DNA of 63,700 nt, the filler included, from Candidatus Tectimicrobiota bacterium (GTDB lineage: Bacteria; JACPSX01), in assembly GCA_016193065.1 (NCBI GenBank). It is 5 parts of 5 records of this genome, joined end to end, with 100 filler letters (N's around TTAATTAATTAA, not from the genome) between each part and the next. Parts side by side here need not be neighbours in the genome. Positions count along the whole stretch, not along the records: positions 1 to 25,598 come from JACPSX010000054.1; positions 25,699 to 32,639 come from JACPSX010000271.1; 3 more parts are not named here. One strand, given 5' to 3'. The notes below the pieces were generated by a model that had not been told where the DNA came from, searched no databases, and worked only from the letters and a program-made list of their open reading frames with translations. Positions 20,355-29,354 of this stretch are shown here, piece by piece; the first letter of the stretch is position 1, and every line of letters starts with the position of its first letter. Position numbers and translations under genes: made by a program.

Positions 20355-21615
20355 CGTAGCCTTTGGCGAGGTTTTCAAACCTGGTGTACTCTTTGAGGAA
20401 GACCAGATCGAAACTCCCGGTGGGCCCGTTGCGCTGTTTGCCGATGATCACCTCGGCAGTCCCCGGCTTTTCTTCCGTGTATACCTCTTCCCTGTAGAGG
20501 AACATAACCACATCCGCATCCTGCTCGATGGCGCCCGATTCTCGCAGATCCGAGAGCATGGGCCGCTTGTCGGTGCGGCTCTCCACGTTGCGGCTGAGCT
20601 GGCTGAGCGCCACCACCGGGCAGCGCAGCTCGCGGGCCAGGGCCTTGAGCGAGCGGGAGATCATGGAGATCTCCTGGGTGCGGTTCTCGATCTCCCGCCC
20701 GCGGGCCTTGGCCCGGATATTCAAGACCGAAAGGGCCGGGGAATCATCGATGAAAATTGGGGCCTCGTAGAGGGCCGCCGCGGCCCGGGCCAGGGCAGTG
20801 TGTTCTTCTTTGCGCAGGAAACCGGTCCGTACGCTCGTGGAGTTGACCCGCGCATCGGAGCACAGCAGGCGGATGCCCAGTTGCTCCTTGCTCATCTCCA
20901 GGCTGAAAACGGCCACCGGGAGCTTGGCTTCCACGGCCACGTAGCGGGCGATGTTCAGGGAGAAGCTGGTCTTCCCCATGCTGGGACGGCCCGCGATGAC
21001 GATTAGATCGGAGGGTTGAAACCCCGCAGTCCTTTCGTCGAGATCTTTAAAACCGGTAGGGACTCCGGTGACGAGTTCTTTGCGATCGTAGAGGCTCTCG
21101 ATGTGCCGCAGGCTCTCCTTGACCACTTGATCGAGGCTTACGAAGGCGGGCTGGATCCGCCGTTCGGAAATCTCGAAGATAGCCCGCTCCGCTCGGTCCA
21201 GCAGGACGTCCACGTCCTCACTCTCTTCGTAGCTTTGAGTAACGATCTCGGTGGCGGACTGGATGAGGCTGCGCACAACATATTTCTCCCGCACAATCAT
21301 ACTGTGAAACCGAACGTTGGCTGCCGTAGGAATCATGTCCGTGAGGCTGGCCAGGTAAGCCACCCCACCCACAACCTCGAGTTCCCCCCGGGCTCGCAGG
21401 CGTTCTTGCAGGGTCAACAGGTCGATGGGCTCACCCCGCTCGAAGAGATCGAGCATGGCCTGGAAGATCTTGCGGTGTGCCCCGCTGTAAAATTGGTCTT
21501 CCTGCAGAATGTCCAGCACTCGGGACAGCGCTTCATTTTCTCTGAGAATGGCGCCCAACACGCATTGCTCAGCTTCCAGATTCTGAGGCGGAAGTCTGTG
21601 AATCGCCGTCTCCAA
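20347..21615 (-). CDS. dnaB: Replicative DNA helicase DnaB with an in-frame deletion of the DYLQL segment near 20700
   Basis: PPQNLEAEQ, GRPSMGKT, LSQLSR and LRESGAIEQDAD. RAKAR is joined directly to GREIENRTQE. Confidence 0.93.
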   Translation of the reverse strand: METAIHRLPPQNLEAEQCVLGAILRENEALSRVLDILQEDQFYSGAHRKIFQAMLDLFERGEPIDLLTLQERLRARGELEVVGGVAYLASLTDMIPTAANVRFHSMIVREKYVVRSLIQSATEIVTQSYEESEDVDVLLDRAERAIFEISERRIQPAFVSLDQVVKESLRHIESLYDRKELVTGVPTGFKDLDERTAGFQPSDLIVIAGRPSMGKTSFSLNIARYVAVEAKLPVAVFSLEMSKEQLGIRLLCSDARVNSTSVRTGFLRKEEHTALARAAAALYEAPIFIDDSPALSVLNIRAKARGREIENRTQEISMISRSLKALARELRCPVVALSQLSRNVESRTDKRPMLSDLRESGAIEQDADVVMFLYREEVYTEEKPGTAEVIIGKQRNGPTGSFDLVFLKEYTRFENLAKGYDD

Positions 21616-21621
21616 GGGAGG

Positions 21622-22068
21622 TCACTCCTCTGGGGCCACCTTCACCATGATCTTGGCCGTCAACTGGGGGTGCAGCTTGATGAGGACCTCGTGCTCCCCC
21701 AGCGTCTTGATGGGGCCCTCCATCTCGATTTTCTTGCGGTCGACCTCGACCCCCTTCTCCCGGTAGAAGTCCGCAATGTCCTGAGCAGTGACCGAGCCAA
21801 AGAGCTTGTCTTCCTCTCCGACCTTGCGGGCAATCACACAGGAGATGGACTGCAGGCGCGTGGCCACCTCATCCGCCTGTTTTTTGGCCTTCCGAAGGCG
21901 ATCCTGAATGACCCGGCGCTGGGCCTCCAGCCGCTTGACCTCCCTGGGAGTTGCCTGCACCGCCTTTCCCTGGGGAATGAGAAAATTCCGGCCGAAGCCG
22001 TCGGCCACCTCCACGACCTCGCCGGCCTCCCCCACATTGACGACACTTTCCTGCAAGATGACTTTCAT
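21622..22068 (-). CDS. rplI: 50S ribosomal protein L9
   Basis: MKVIL...VADGFGRNFLIP and KLFGSVT. Confidence 0.96.
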   Translation of the reverse strand: MKVILQESVVNVGEAGEVVEVADGFGRNFLIPQGKAVQATPREVKRLEAQRRVIQDRLRKAKKQADEVATRLQSISCVIARKVGEEDKLFGSVTAQDIADFYREKGVEVDRKKIEMEGPIKTLGEHEVLIKLHPQLTAKIMVKVAPEE

Positions 22069-22191
22069 CGTTTGACTCTCCTTGAAATTAGCCCCGATCC
22101 GAAATGATAACCATGGCAGCCAATCCGCGATTCTACTCCCCGCTGCAATTCGTTGGACGGGGCTGACTCCCGATCTTTTTTCGGATCGGGG

Positions 22192-23163
22192 TTAGCGCCT
22201 GAGCTTCCGAGGATCCATCCAGATGTCGAAGATCCCCAGGATGGCCAGCAGGACCACACCCCAGGGGGTGCCCAGGAGGAAGAAATAGCAAATCACGCGC
22301 AGGATCCGGGGGGAGCCCCAACGGTCGAACAGGGAACTCAGGATCCCGAGCCCCTGCAGCAAGTAGATTAACAGAAAGATGATCAGGCCGTTGAGCCCGG
22401 CAATCCGCACGGGATCCACGGGGACCAGCAGAGCAAAGCCGCTGGCGATCAGCCCCCACACCACAAAGTCGGGCGCGTGCCAGGACTTGAGGGAGTGGGA
22501 GAGTAAGGTTTGCCCTCCGTCCGGGTACCCGACTTTCGGGTGTAGCCACAAGAACCGTAAGAGGCCGTAGTTCAGAAAGGCCACGCTGGAATACCAGATC
22601 ACGCCCAGGGCCGGCAAGGCGCGCAGGAAAAAGCGAGCGGCCTCTGCCGCCTGCTCCCGGACCCCTTCCACCTGTTCCGGCGTCATGCCCATGCGCTGGT
22701 AGAGTTCCAGGCTCATCTGAACCACGGCGTCCACCTGTTCGCGCGCAAACGTGATCGGGTCGAGCCGGCTCACCCACAGGAAAACAGCCAAGGCACCGAA
22801 CCCGACCAGAAACGGGAAGACAACTCCGGCCGTCAGCACGGCCGCCGGTGCTCGTTTCCGCCTCACTCCCTCCCCGATAATCAGCGCTAACATACCATAT
22901 TCCATGACAAAGAGGATTGCCGAGTCGATCCCTCCCCACAAATAGGCCGCCGCGCTGGCAAAGGCAGTGGTCAGGACTCCGGCGGCCGCCCCTCGGCGCA
23001 CATGAAGATAGAGGAGCGGCAGGGGAGTTAGAAGGGAGAGAAAAATGCCCAGCCCCGGCAGGAGCAGCGGGGACCGAAAGAGTAGGACGGACAGGCCCCC
23101 TGCCATGGCAAGAGATAGCGGGTGTCCGACTGGCCACTTCGCACTAGGAAAAATGCCGCTCAC
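22192..23163 (-). CDS. YybS/DUF2232-family membrane protein
   Basis: Multi-TM protein with 'YLLQGLG' and 'LGIFDIWMDPRK', in the usual position between rpsR and rplI. Confidence 0.8.
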   Translation of the reverse strand: MSGIFPSAKWPVGHPLSLAMAGGLSVLLFRSPLLLPGLGIFLSLLTPLPLLYLHVRRGAAAGVLTTAFASAAAYLWGGIDSAILFVMEYGMLALIIGEGVRRKRAPAAVLTAGVVFPFLVGFGALAVFLWVSRLDPITFAREQVDAVVQMSLELYQRMGMTPEQVEGVREQAAEAARFFLRALPALGVIWYSSVAFLNYGLLRFLWLHPKVGYPDGGQTLLSHSLKSWHAPDFVVWGLIASGFALLVPVDPVRIAGLNGLIIFLLIYLLQGLGILSSLFDRWGSPRILRVICYFFLLGTPWGVVLLAILGIFDIWMDPRKLRR

Positions 23164-23190
23164 TGTTTTCTTCCCGAGGCCAGGGCCTGC

Positions 23191-23248
23191 CCTGAGCCCA
23201 GCCGAAGGGCCTGTCCTGCACCCACCGCTCTCCTTCGACGCGCTCAGG
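23191..23248. repeat. REP-like inverted repeat pair (CCTGAGC..CGAAGG / CCTTCGAC..GCTCAGG)
   Basis: cctgagcccagccgaagg (23191-23208) faces ccttcgacgcgctcagg (23232-23248). Confidence 0.7.
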
Positions 23249-23322
23249 AGACAAAGTTTCCCGCTGCCAGGAAGCAGAGCCGCCTCGTTGAAATTTCCCG
23301 CCTGCGATTTTTGTGTTCGGGG

Positions 23323-23574
23323 CTAGTGCTCCACTGTGAACGGCATCAGCGCCATATTGCGCGCTCTCTTGATGGCCACGGTGAGCTGCCGTTGGTGCTT
23401 TGCACAGTTTCCCGAAATGCGCCGGGGAATGATCTTCCCGCGCTCGGTGATCAGACTGCGGAGCCGCTTGATGTCCTTGTAGTCGATGTATTCCACTTTG
23501 TCGGCGCAAAACCGGCAGATTTTGCGGCGTATGAATCGTTTTTTCTTCTTCTTGCTCTTGCTTACTTGAACCAT
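23323..23574 (-). CDS. rpsR: 30S ribosomal protein S18
   Basis: [21 protein letters not shown] and [13 protein letters not shown]. Confidence 0.97.
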   Translation of the reverse strand: MVQVSKSKKKKKRFIRRKICRFCADKVEYIDYKDIKRLRSLITERGKIIPRRISGNCAKHQRQLTVAIKRARNMALMPFTVEH

Positions 23575-23593
23575 GATTCCTCCGTCAAAAGCG

Positions 23594-23649
23594 CTCAGTG
23601 CTTAGAGCTTGGCTCTCAGCTCTTAGTTCTCAGCTCTCAGCCCTCAGCT
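23594..23649. repeat. Degenerate heptamer tandem repeat, 8 units (consensus CTCAGCT)
   Basis: ctcagtg-cttagag-cttggct-ctcagct-cttagtt-ctcagct-ctcagcc-ctcagct. Confidence 0.85.
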
Positions 23650-24055
23650 AAAACGGGATATCGTCGTCTCCCCCCGCCTCGGCGGCGCTGGGCGGGGACC
23701 CGGCTTCCGGGTGATCGCCGGGGCGCCCGGAGGGGAGAAACTGCACGTTCATGGCGACGACCTCATGCTTGCTGCGCTTCTGCCCGTCCTCGGTCTCCCA
23801 CGAGCGCCACTGCAGACGCCCCTCGATGAAGGCCAGCCGCCCCTTGCTGAGGAACTCTCCGCAGCTCTTGGCCTGGCGGCCGTAGACCACGATGTCTACA
23901 AAACAAACCTCCTCTTTCCACTCTTCTCCCTGCTTGTAGCGGCGGTTTACGGCCAGTCCGAAGGTGGAGACCGGGGTGCCGTTGGGTGTGTAGCGCAGCT
24001 CGGGGTCGCGGGTGAGGTTTCCCAGAAGAAATATCCGATTCAGTCCAGCCATCAC
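23648..24055 (-). CDS. ssb: Single-stranded DNA-binding protein
   Basis: LGNLTRDPELRYTP and C-terminal DDDIPF. Confidence 0.97.
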   Translation of the reverse strand: MMAGLNRIFLLGNLTRDPELRYTPNGTPVSTFGLAVNRRYKQGEEWKEEVCFVDIVVYGRQAKSCGEFLSKGRLAFIEGRLQWRSWETEDGQKRSKHEVVAMNVQFLPSGRPGDHPEAGSPPSAAEAGGDDDIPF

Positions 24056-24414
24056 GAGACCTCCTCATAGCGCTCCTCGTGGCGCTCTTCTTCCATGTCC
24101 ACGATGTGATCGGAGACCTTGTGGCGTTCGTCGAGCTGGACGGTCATGAAGCGCAAAATGGACTCGTTGAGCTTTAAGTTCCGGTCCAGCTCGGTGAGTA
24201 AGGCGGGTTCTCCTCGGAAGTGAAACAGCACGTAGAATCCATAGCGGTTCTTGGCGATATCGTAGGCAAGCCGTTTCTTTCCCCACTTGCGGATCCGCAT
24301 GACCTCCGCCTGAAATCGAGCGCACAGGTCCTCGATCCGCTTGATCTGGGAGTCGATCTCCTCGTCGCTGAGATCCCCCTTGAACAGTACGATGGTTTCG
24401 TAGAGCCTGATCAT
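24052..24414 (-). CDS. rpsF: 30S ribosomal protein S6
   Basis: YETIVL, WGKKRLAYDI and ILRFM. Confidence 0.95.
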   Translation of the reverse strand: MIRLYETIVLFKGDLSDEEIDSQIKRIEDLCARFQAEVMRIRKWGKKRLAYDIAKNRYGFYVLFHFRGEPALLTELDRNLKLNESILRFMTVQLDERHKVSDHIVDMEEERHEERYEEVS

Positions 24415-24420
24415 CAAAAG

Positions 24421-24467
24421 CCTCCTCTCGGTTTTGCAGCCCCAATTCACGATTGGAGCAAGGAGTT
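24421..24467 (-). promoter_or_regulatory. Probable S6:S18 ribosomal protein leader
   Basis: Minus strand CTCCTT-GCTCCAAT(cgtga)ATTGGGGC-TGCAAAA-CCG-AGAGGAGG: an anti-SD CTCCT can pair with the SD, with an inner hairpin and a CCG next to the SD. Confidence 0.65.
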
Positions 24468-24478
24468 AAATAGGGGGC

Positions 24479-25018
24479 CTATCGCCCCGGCGTCCCTACC
24501 GCGATCTCTTCCAGACGCTGAACAGCTCGGGAGATCATCTCGCTGGCCAGGTCGAGTTCCCCCGGAGAAAACGGCTCTAAAACGTATTCCGCCGGATCCT
24601 GGCCTTCCGCAGGCCGCCCAATGCCGACCCGGAGCCGCACGAATTCAGCACTTCCCACCTCTTCGATGATAGAACGTATACCCCGATGTCCCGCATCGCC
24701 CCCCCGGAGCTTCTTGCGGATCTTTCCCAGGGCCAGGTCAATGTCGTCGTGGACCACCACCAGGTCTTCCAGGGAAAGCGAGAACTCTTTCAAGAGATCA
24801 CGCACGGGCTGTCCGCTGCGATTCATGAATTCCTGCGGCAAAGCCAAAATCACGTCCAATCCGTCGACCTTCCCCTTGCCCAAGAAGCAATGGCAACGCT
24901 TTTCGGTGAGAGTGACTCGGTGTCTTCGTGCCAGTTCTCGAACCACCATCATCCCAATGTTGTGACGGGTAAGCTCGTAGCGTCTCCCCGGGTTGCCCAG
25001 CCCCACGATGAGCTTCAT
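24479..25018 (-). CDS. pth: Peptidyl-tRNA hydrolase
   Basis: LIVGLGNPG..Y..TRHNIG, FMNRSG and RLRVGIGRP. Confidence 0.96.
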   Translation of the reverse strand: MKLIVGLGNPGRRYELTRHNIGMMVVRELARRHRVTLTEKRCHCFLGKGKVDGLDVILALPQEFMNRSGQPVRDLLKEFSLSLEDLVVVHDDIDLALGKIRKKLRGGDAGHRGIRSIIEEVGSAEFVRLRVGIGRPAEGQDPAEYVLEPFSPGELDLASEMISRAVQRLEEIAVGTPGR

Positions 25019-25029
25019 GCTCAGTGAGT

Positions 25030-25598
25030 TTATTCCTTTGTCTTGCCCTTCTCTTTGTCCTTCTCTTTTTCTCTGTCCTTGCCGGCCTCAGCCGCGGGTT
25101 GGGCAGCAGCAGCCTCGGCAGCCTCGCCTTCCACCGGGACTTCTTCAGCAGGCTTGGCAACTTCTTCCACGGTCGGGGCGCTGATGGAGACCACCGCTTC
25201 GTCGGGATCGTTCAAGATCCGGATCCCTTCCTGGACCGGCAGATCCCTCACGTGCAGAGCATCCCCGATGTCCAGTTGGGAAACTTCCAGGGGAATGAAT
25301 TCCGGAATCCGGCCGGGCAAGCATTCCACCTCCACCTCTCGCAAGAGGTGGCCCAGGATCCCTCCCGACATCTTGACCCCGACGGGCTCACCTACGAAGC
25401 GCAGGGGAACAGAGACAACGATCTCCTTTTCCATGGAGACTTCGTAGAGATCCACGTGCAGCATATCCCCGGAAACGGGGTGGAACTGGAGGTCCTTGAC
25501 GATGACCTTGCGTTCCCGGAATTCTTCCCCTTCCAGGTTCAGTTGAAAAATGGCATTTGTCCTGCCGGCCGTGCTCAGGAGATGTTTGAGCTTTTTTA
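25030..25598 (-). CDS. rplY: 50S ribosomal protein L25/Ctc (5' end cut by the gap)
   Basis: QFHPVSGDMLHVDL, GVKMSGG and LDIGDALHVRDL. Confidence 0.9.
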
Positions 25599-25698
25599 NN
25601 NNNNNNNNNNNNNNNNNNNNNNNNNNNNNNNNNNNNNNNNNNTTAATTAATTAANNNNNNNNNNNNNNNNNNNNNNNNNNNNNNNNNNNNNNNNNNNN
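25599..25698. other. Artificial contig linker
   Basis: N-run + TTAATTAATTAA (stops in all six frames) + N-run. Confidence 0.98.
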
Positions 25699-25712
25699 CG
25701 CCTGCAAAACTT

Positions 25713-25738
25713 CCTGCCTGTGCGGACACGCAGACAGG
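25713..25738. repeat. Single CCTGCCTG...CAGACAGG palindromic repeat unit
   Basis: cctgcctgtgcggacacgcagacagg, related to the outer unit at 5414-5476. Confidence 0.7.
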
Positions 25739-25945
25739 TAAGTCGCCCTACGGGGCACACCCGGTCTCTTCCAGCAATCCTGTTAAGGTCGCCTGCGGGG
25801 GGAACTCCCTTGGAGAAAGTAGGGGCAGAGGACCCAGGGGGTGCCCCCCTGCCCAATCGGGTCACTACGAAGCCGCAAAAACTGATGGAGTGGGCAAGTC
25901 GGAGATCGTCCTTTCAATGACAAGTTCGTATGGTATATTCAGACG

Positions 25946-26758
25946 ATGAGGATCGGGAAAAAAGCCAAGGGAAAAAGGGCAGGGAATCGGTTCCCTTCAA
26001 GAGCTTCTCGAAAAAAGGGGAAGCCCCTGAGGTGGGTTTTCCGGCTGGCGGTGTTGATCGTGGCGGCCCTGGGTGGGGCGGCCCTCGCACAGGTCATCCT
26101 CATTCCAAACGTGGCCTCCCTTAAGTTGAGCGCGCCGAAGCGGACGGCGATCATGCTGCAGAGGATGCGGGAACACGAACAACGGGGGCAACCCTACCGC
26201 ATACAGCAGCAGCCGGTCCCCTTGTCCCAGATTTCCAAGAACCTGCGGTGGGCCGTGATTGTTTCCGAAGACGGGGCGTTCTACGGCCACGCGGGGATTG
26301 ATCTGGACGAAATCCGGGCCTCGATTCAGCGAGATCTGGAGGAGAAGCGGGTGGCGCGCGGCGGTTCCACGATCACGATGCAACTGGCCCGCAACCTCTA
26401 TCTTTCTACCTCCAAAAACCCGCTGCGGAAGCTCCGGGAGATCGCCATTGCCCGGGCTATGGAGGCGGAACTTTCCAAGGGCAGGATTCTTGAGCTGTAC
26501 CTGAACTCGGTGGAATGGGGGGAGGGGATTTTCGGCTGCGAAGCCGCGGCCCGGGCTTACTTCGGCGTGAGTTGCGCCGATTTGGGCCCCGAGCAGGCGG
26601 CCCTCATGGCCGCCGTTCTTCCGAACCCCCTGCGGCGCAATGTGCTGAGCCCGTCCAAATCGGTTTTGTGGAAGCAGCGCTGGATCTTGGCTGCCATGAG
26701 GAAACGAGGGGTTCTGGATAGCGGGGCTCCCGGGAGCCCGGGGGGGATGAGCGAATGA
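25946..26758 (+). CDS. mtgA: Monofunctional peptidoglycan transglycosylase
   Basis: SEDGAFYGHAG, GGSTITMQLARN, RKLRE and ILELYLN. Confidence 0.92.
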   Translation: MRIGKKAKGKRAGNRFPSRASRKKGKPLRWVFRLAVLIVAALGGAALAQVILIPNVASLKLSAPKRTAIMLQRMREHEQRGQPYRIQQQPVPLSQISKNLRWAVIVSEDGAFYGHAGIDLDEIRASIQRDLEEKRVARGGSTITMQLARNLYLSTSKNPLRKLREIAIARAMEAELSKGRILELYLNSVEWGEGIFGCEAAARAYFGVSCADLGPEQAALMAAVLPNPLRRNVLSPSKSVLWKQRWILAAMRKRGVLDSGAPGSPGGMSE

Positions 26759-27612
26759 GAGCAGTGCAAGTCCGTTGCCGTTGGTGGTTGATGGTGCTGC
26801 TGGCGGCCGTTGCCGTCGGTGCCTCAGGTGCCCGAGCCCAGGAGGCGGCGGAGGGGAAACGCGCCCTGATCGCGCAGATGCTCGACCTGGCCGGAATGAA
26901 GTCCCAGATTGGCGAGTTGGGTGAAATCATCGCCTCGGCTGCCGAGCAGTATCAGGGTCGCCTTAGCGTGTCGGATCGCAAGAGGGTCACGGATCTCATT
27001 GCGGGAGCCTATGCGGTTGAGAAGGTGTATCCGGGGATCATCCGGGCCTTCGAGAAGGAATACGATCCCTCCTACATGACCGGCGCGATGAACTGGCTTC
27101 AGTCCCCCCTGGGGCGGAAGATGAGCGCTCTGGAAGTGCAGGCAGCCACTCAAAATTCCCCCGAGCAGATCATGGGTTTCAACACTGAGTATCGGCGGCT
27201 GTCGGAGGGGCGGCGGGCCGCCATTGACCGCCTGGCGAATGTGCTCAAGGCGGGAGACGTGCTCGTGAACACGGTCCTCATCACGACCACGGAAATGGTG
27301 ATGGGGATGCAGGCCGAACTCCCCGCGGATAAGAAGATCAACGAACAGCAAATGCGGGCCGGCGCGGAGGGCCTGCGCAACCAGTTGCGGGGGCGCTATC
27401 AGGAACTGGCGCGCGTCTCGATTGCCTATACGTACCGCTCCCTTTCCGATGAGGAGTTGGAGCAGGGCACCCTGTTTTACACCACCGAGGCCGGACAGTG
27501 GTTGAATCGGGTGGGGAATGACGCGCTGGTCGAGGCCATGGGGCAGTCGGCCCGGGAGGTCGGCAAGGGGCTGGGGGTGATCCTGAGAGAAAGGCGAGGG
27601 GTCAAGAGCTGA
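26755..27612 (+). CDS. Exported protein, DUF2059-like
   Basis: Signal peptide; 'WLQSPLGRK' and 'LSDEELE...FYTTEAGQ' repeats. Confidence 0.6.
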   Translation: MRAVQVRCRWWLMVLLAAVAVGASGARAQEAAEGKRALIAQMLDLAGMKSQIGELGEIIASAAEQYQGRLSVSDRKRVTDLIAGAYAVEKVYPGIIRAFEKEYDPSYMTGAMNWLQSPLGRKMSALEVQAATQNSPEQIMGFNTEYRRLSEGRRAAIDRLANVLKAGDVLVNTVLITTTEMVMGMQAELPADKKINEQQMRAGAEGLRNQLRGRYQELARVSIAYTYRSLSDEELEQGTLFYTTEAGQWLNRVGNDALVEAMGQSAREVGKGLGVILRERRGVKS

Positions 27613-27807
27613 CCCTAATCCGAAGAAAACCAACCGGGTTGATCCGTGCCATTGGCCCGCAGGGCCTGTCGCCGGGTCGCCTCCTCGATCCGCGCTCCGT
27701 CACCCTGACGAGGGTCCCACTTTCGCGCGGCTCTGCGGAGGCATCCCCGACGCCACCCGCGGGCCAACGCCGAATGACCCCGACGAGGAATTTCGGATTG
27801 TGGCTAG
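27609..27807. mobile_element. 199-bp MITE-like hairpin element, copy 2 (core inverted relative to its flanks versus copy 1)
   Basis: The core has the same orientation as in copy 1, while the flanks are the reverse complements of copy 1's opposite flanks. Confidence 0.75.
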
Positions 27808-27845
27808 CGCTGGAAATCTCCAGAGGTGTGTAAAGGAGGGGTGTC

Positions 27846-29249
27846 ATGGACGGGGTACGGGTGGAGACGGATTCGTTGGGACCTGTGAGCGTGCCGGCTG
27901 CCGCCTATTACGGTGCGCAAACCCAGCGCGCCGTGGATAATTTTCCCATCAGCGGCCTGCGCTTCCCGCGCCGGTTTATCCGGGCCCTGGGACTGCTCAA
28001 GAGGGGTTGCGCCCAGATCAACCTGGAAAGCGGGGGGCTGGACGAGAAAACAGCCGCGGCGATACTTCAGGCCGCCGGGGAGGTGGCGGAGGGGAAATTC
28101 GACGAGCAGTTCGTGGTGGATATCTTTCAGACGGGATCGGGAACCTCGACGAACATGAACGCCAATGAGGTCATTGCGAATCGGGCCATCGAGCTTCTCG
28201 GCGGCGAGGTGGGCTCGAAAAAACCCGTCCATCCCAACGACCACGTGAACATGGGGCAGTCCTCCAACGACGTTATTCCAACAGCCATCCACGTCGCGGC
28301 GCTGGAGGCCATCGAGCGCGACCTGCTGCCCGCCCTGGCCGAGATGAGGGATGCTCTGGAAGAGAAGTCCCGCGCCTTCGACAGCATCGTGAAGATCGGG
28401 CGCACGCACCTTCAGGACGCGGTGCCCGTCCGCCTGGGGCAGGAGTTCGGGGGATATGCAGCCATGATCCGTGAGGGGATTCGCCGCGTCCATAGCTGCC
28501 GGGAAGGGCTCCGCGAGCTGGCCCTCGGGGGCACGGCGGTGGGCACCGGGCTGAACGCCGAGCCCGGCTTTTCCGAAGCGGTCATCGCCCGGATCTCCGA
28601 GGATACGAGAATCGTCTTCCGGCAAGCCGCCAACTTGTTCGAGGCTCTGGGGGCACGGGACGCCGTGGTGGAGGCCAGCGGCGCGCTGAAGTGCGTGGGC
28701 TGCAGCCTCATGAAGATTGCCAATGACATCCGCTGGCTGGGCTCGGGTCCGCGCTGCGGAATCGGGGAAATCCTGATTCCGGACCTGCAGCCCGGAAGCT
28801 CCATCATGCCCGGAAAGGTGAACCCCGTGATGCCCGAGATGCTCACCATGGTGGCCGCCCAGGTGATCGGCAACGACGCGGCGATCACCATCGGCGGCCA
28901 GGGGGGCAATTTCGAGCTGAACGTCTACATGCCCGTGATGGGCTACAACCTCCTGCAGTCCATTGAACTGCTGGCCCGGGGGACCCGGACATTCACATCC
29001 AGGTGCATCCGGGGGCTGGAAGCGAATCGCCAGCGCTGCGAGGAGATGGTGGAAAAAAGCCTCGCCATGTGCACCGCTCTGGCTCCCAGGATCGGCTACG
29101 ACGCCGCGGCGGCCATTGCGAAGGAAGCTTACACCAGCGGCCGGACGGTCCGGGAGGTGGCCCGGGAGAAGCGGGTGCTCCCCGAAGATGAGTTAAACGC
29201 TGTGCTGGATCCCCGGCGCATGACCGAGCCCGGAATTCCGGGAGCGTGA
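27846..29249 (+). CDS. fumC: Class II fumarate hydratase
   Basis: QTGSGTSTNMN, HPNDHVN, GRTHLQDA and GSSIMPGKVNP. Confidence 0.95.
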   Translation: MDGVRVETDSLGPVSVPAAAYYGAQTQRAVDNFPISGLRFPRRFIRALGLLKRGCAQINLESGGLDEKTAAAILQAAGEVAEGKFDEQFVVDIFQTGSGTSTNMNANEVIANRAIELLGGEVGSKKPVHPNDHVNMGQSSNDVIPTAIHVAALEAIERDLLPALAEMRDALEEKSRAFDSIVKIGRTHLQDAVPVRLGQEFGGYAAMIREGIRRVHSCREGLRELALGGTAVGTGLNAEPGFSEAVIARISEDTRIVFRQAANLFEALGARDAVVEASGALKCVGCSLMKIANDIRWLGSGPRCGIGEILIPDLQPGSSIMPGKVNPVMPEMLTMVAAQVIGNDAAITIGGQGGNFELNVYMPVMGYNLLQSIELLARGTRTFTSRCIRGLEANRQRCEEMVEKSLAMCTALAPRIGYDAAAAIAKEAYTSGRTVREVAREKRVLPEDELNAVLDPRRMTEPGIPGA

Positions 29250-29258
29250 GGTTAGCTT

Positions 29259-29300
29259 CCCTCATCGCGACCCTCTCGCTGTTGTGGGAGAGGGCAAGGG
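29259..29300. repeat. REP-like hairpin (CCCTCTC...GAGAGGG) between convergent genes
   Basis: ccctcatcgcgaccctctcgctgttgtgggagaggg; may act as a terminator. Confidence 0.5.
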
Positions 29301-29354
29301 GATCTATCTGAAAGAATCCTCAGATACGGAAGTAAGTAGGACCCGTGGCCGAGG

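Noticed and set aside
25599-25698. Repeated TTAATTAATTAA motif within N-runs (four times)
   Set aside because: Artificial six-frame-stop linker. Adjacency across these gaps has no biological meaning.
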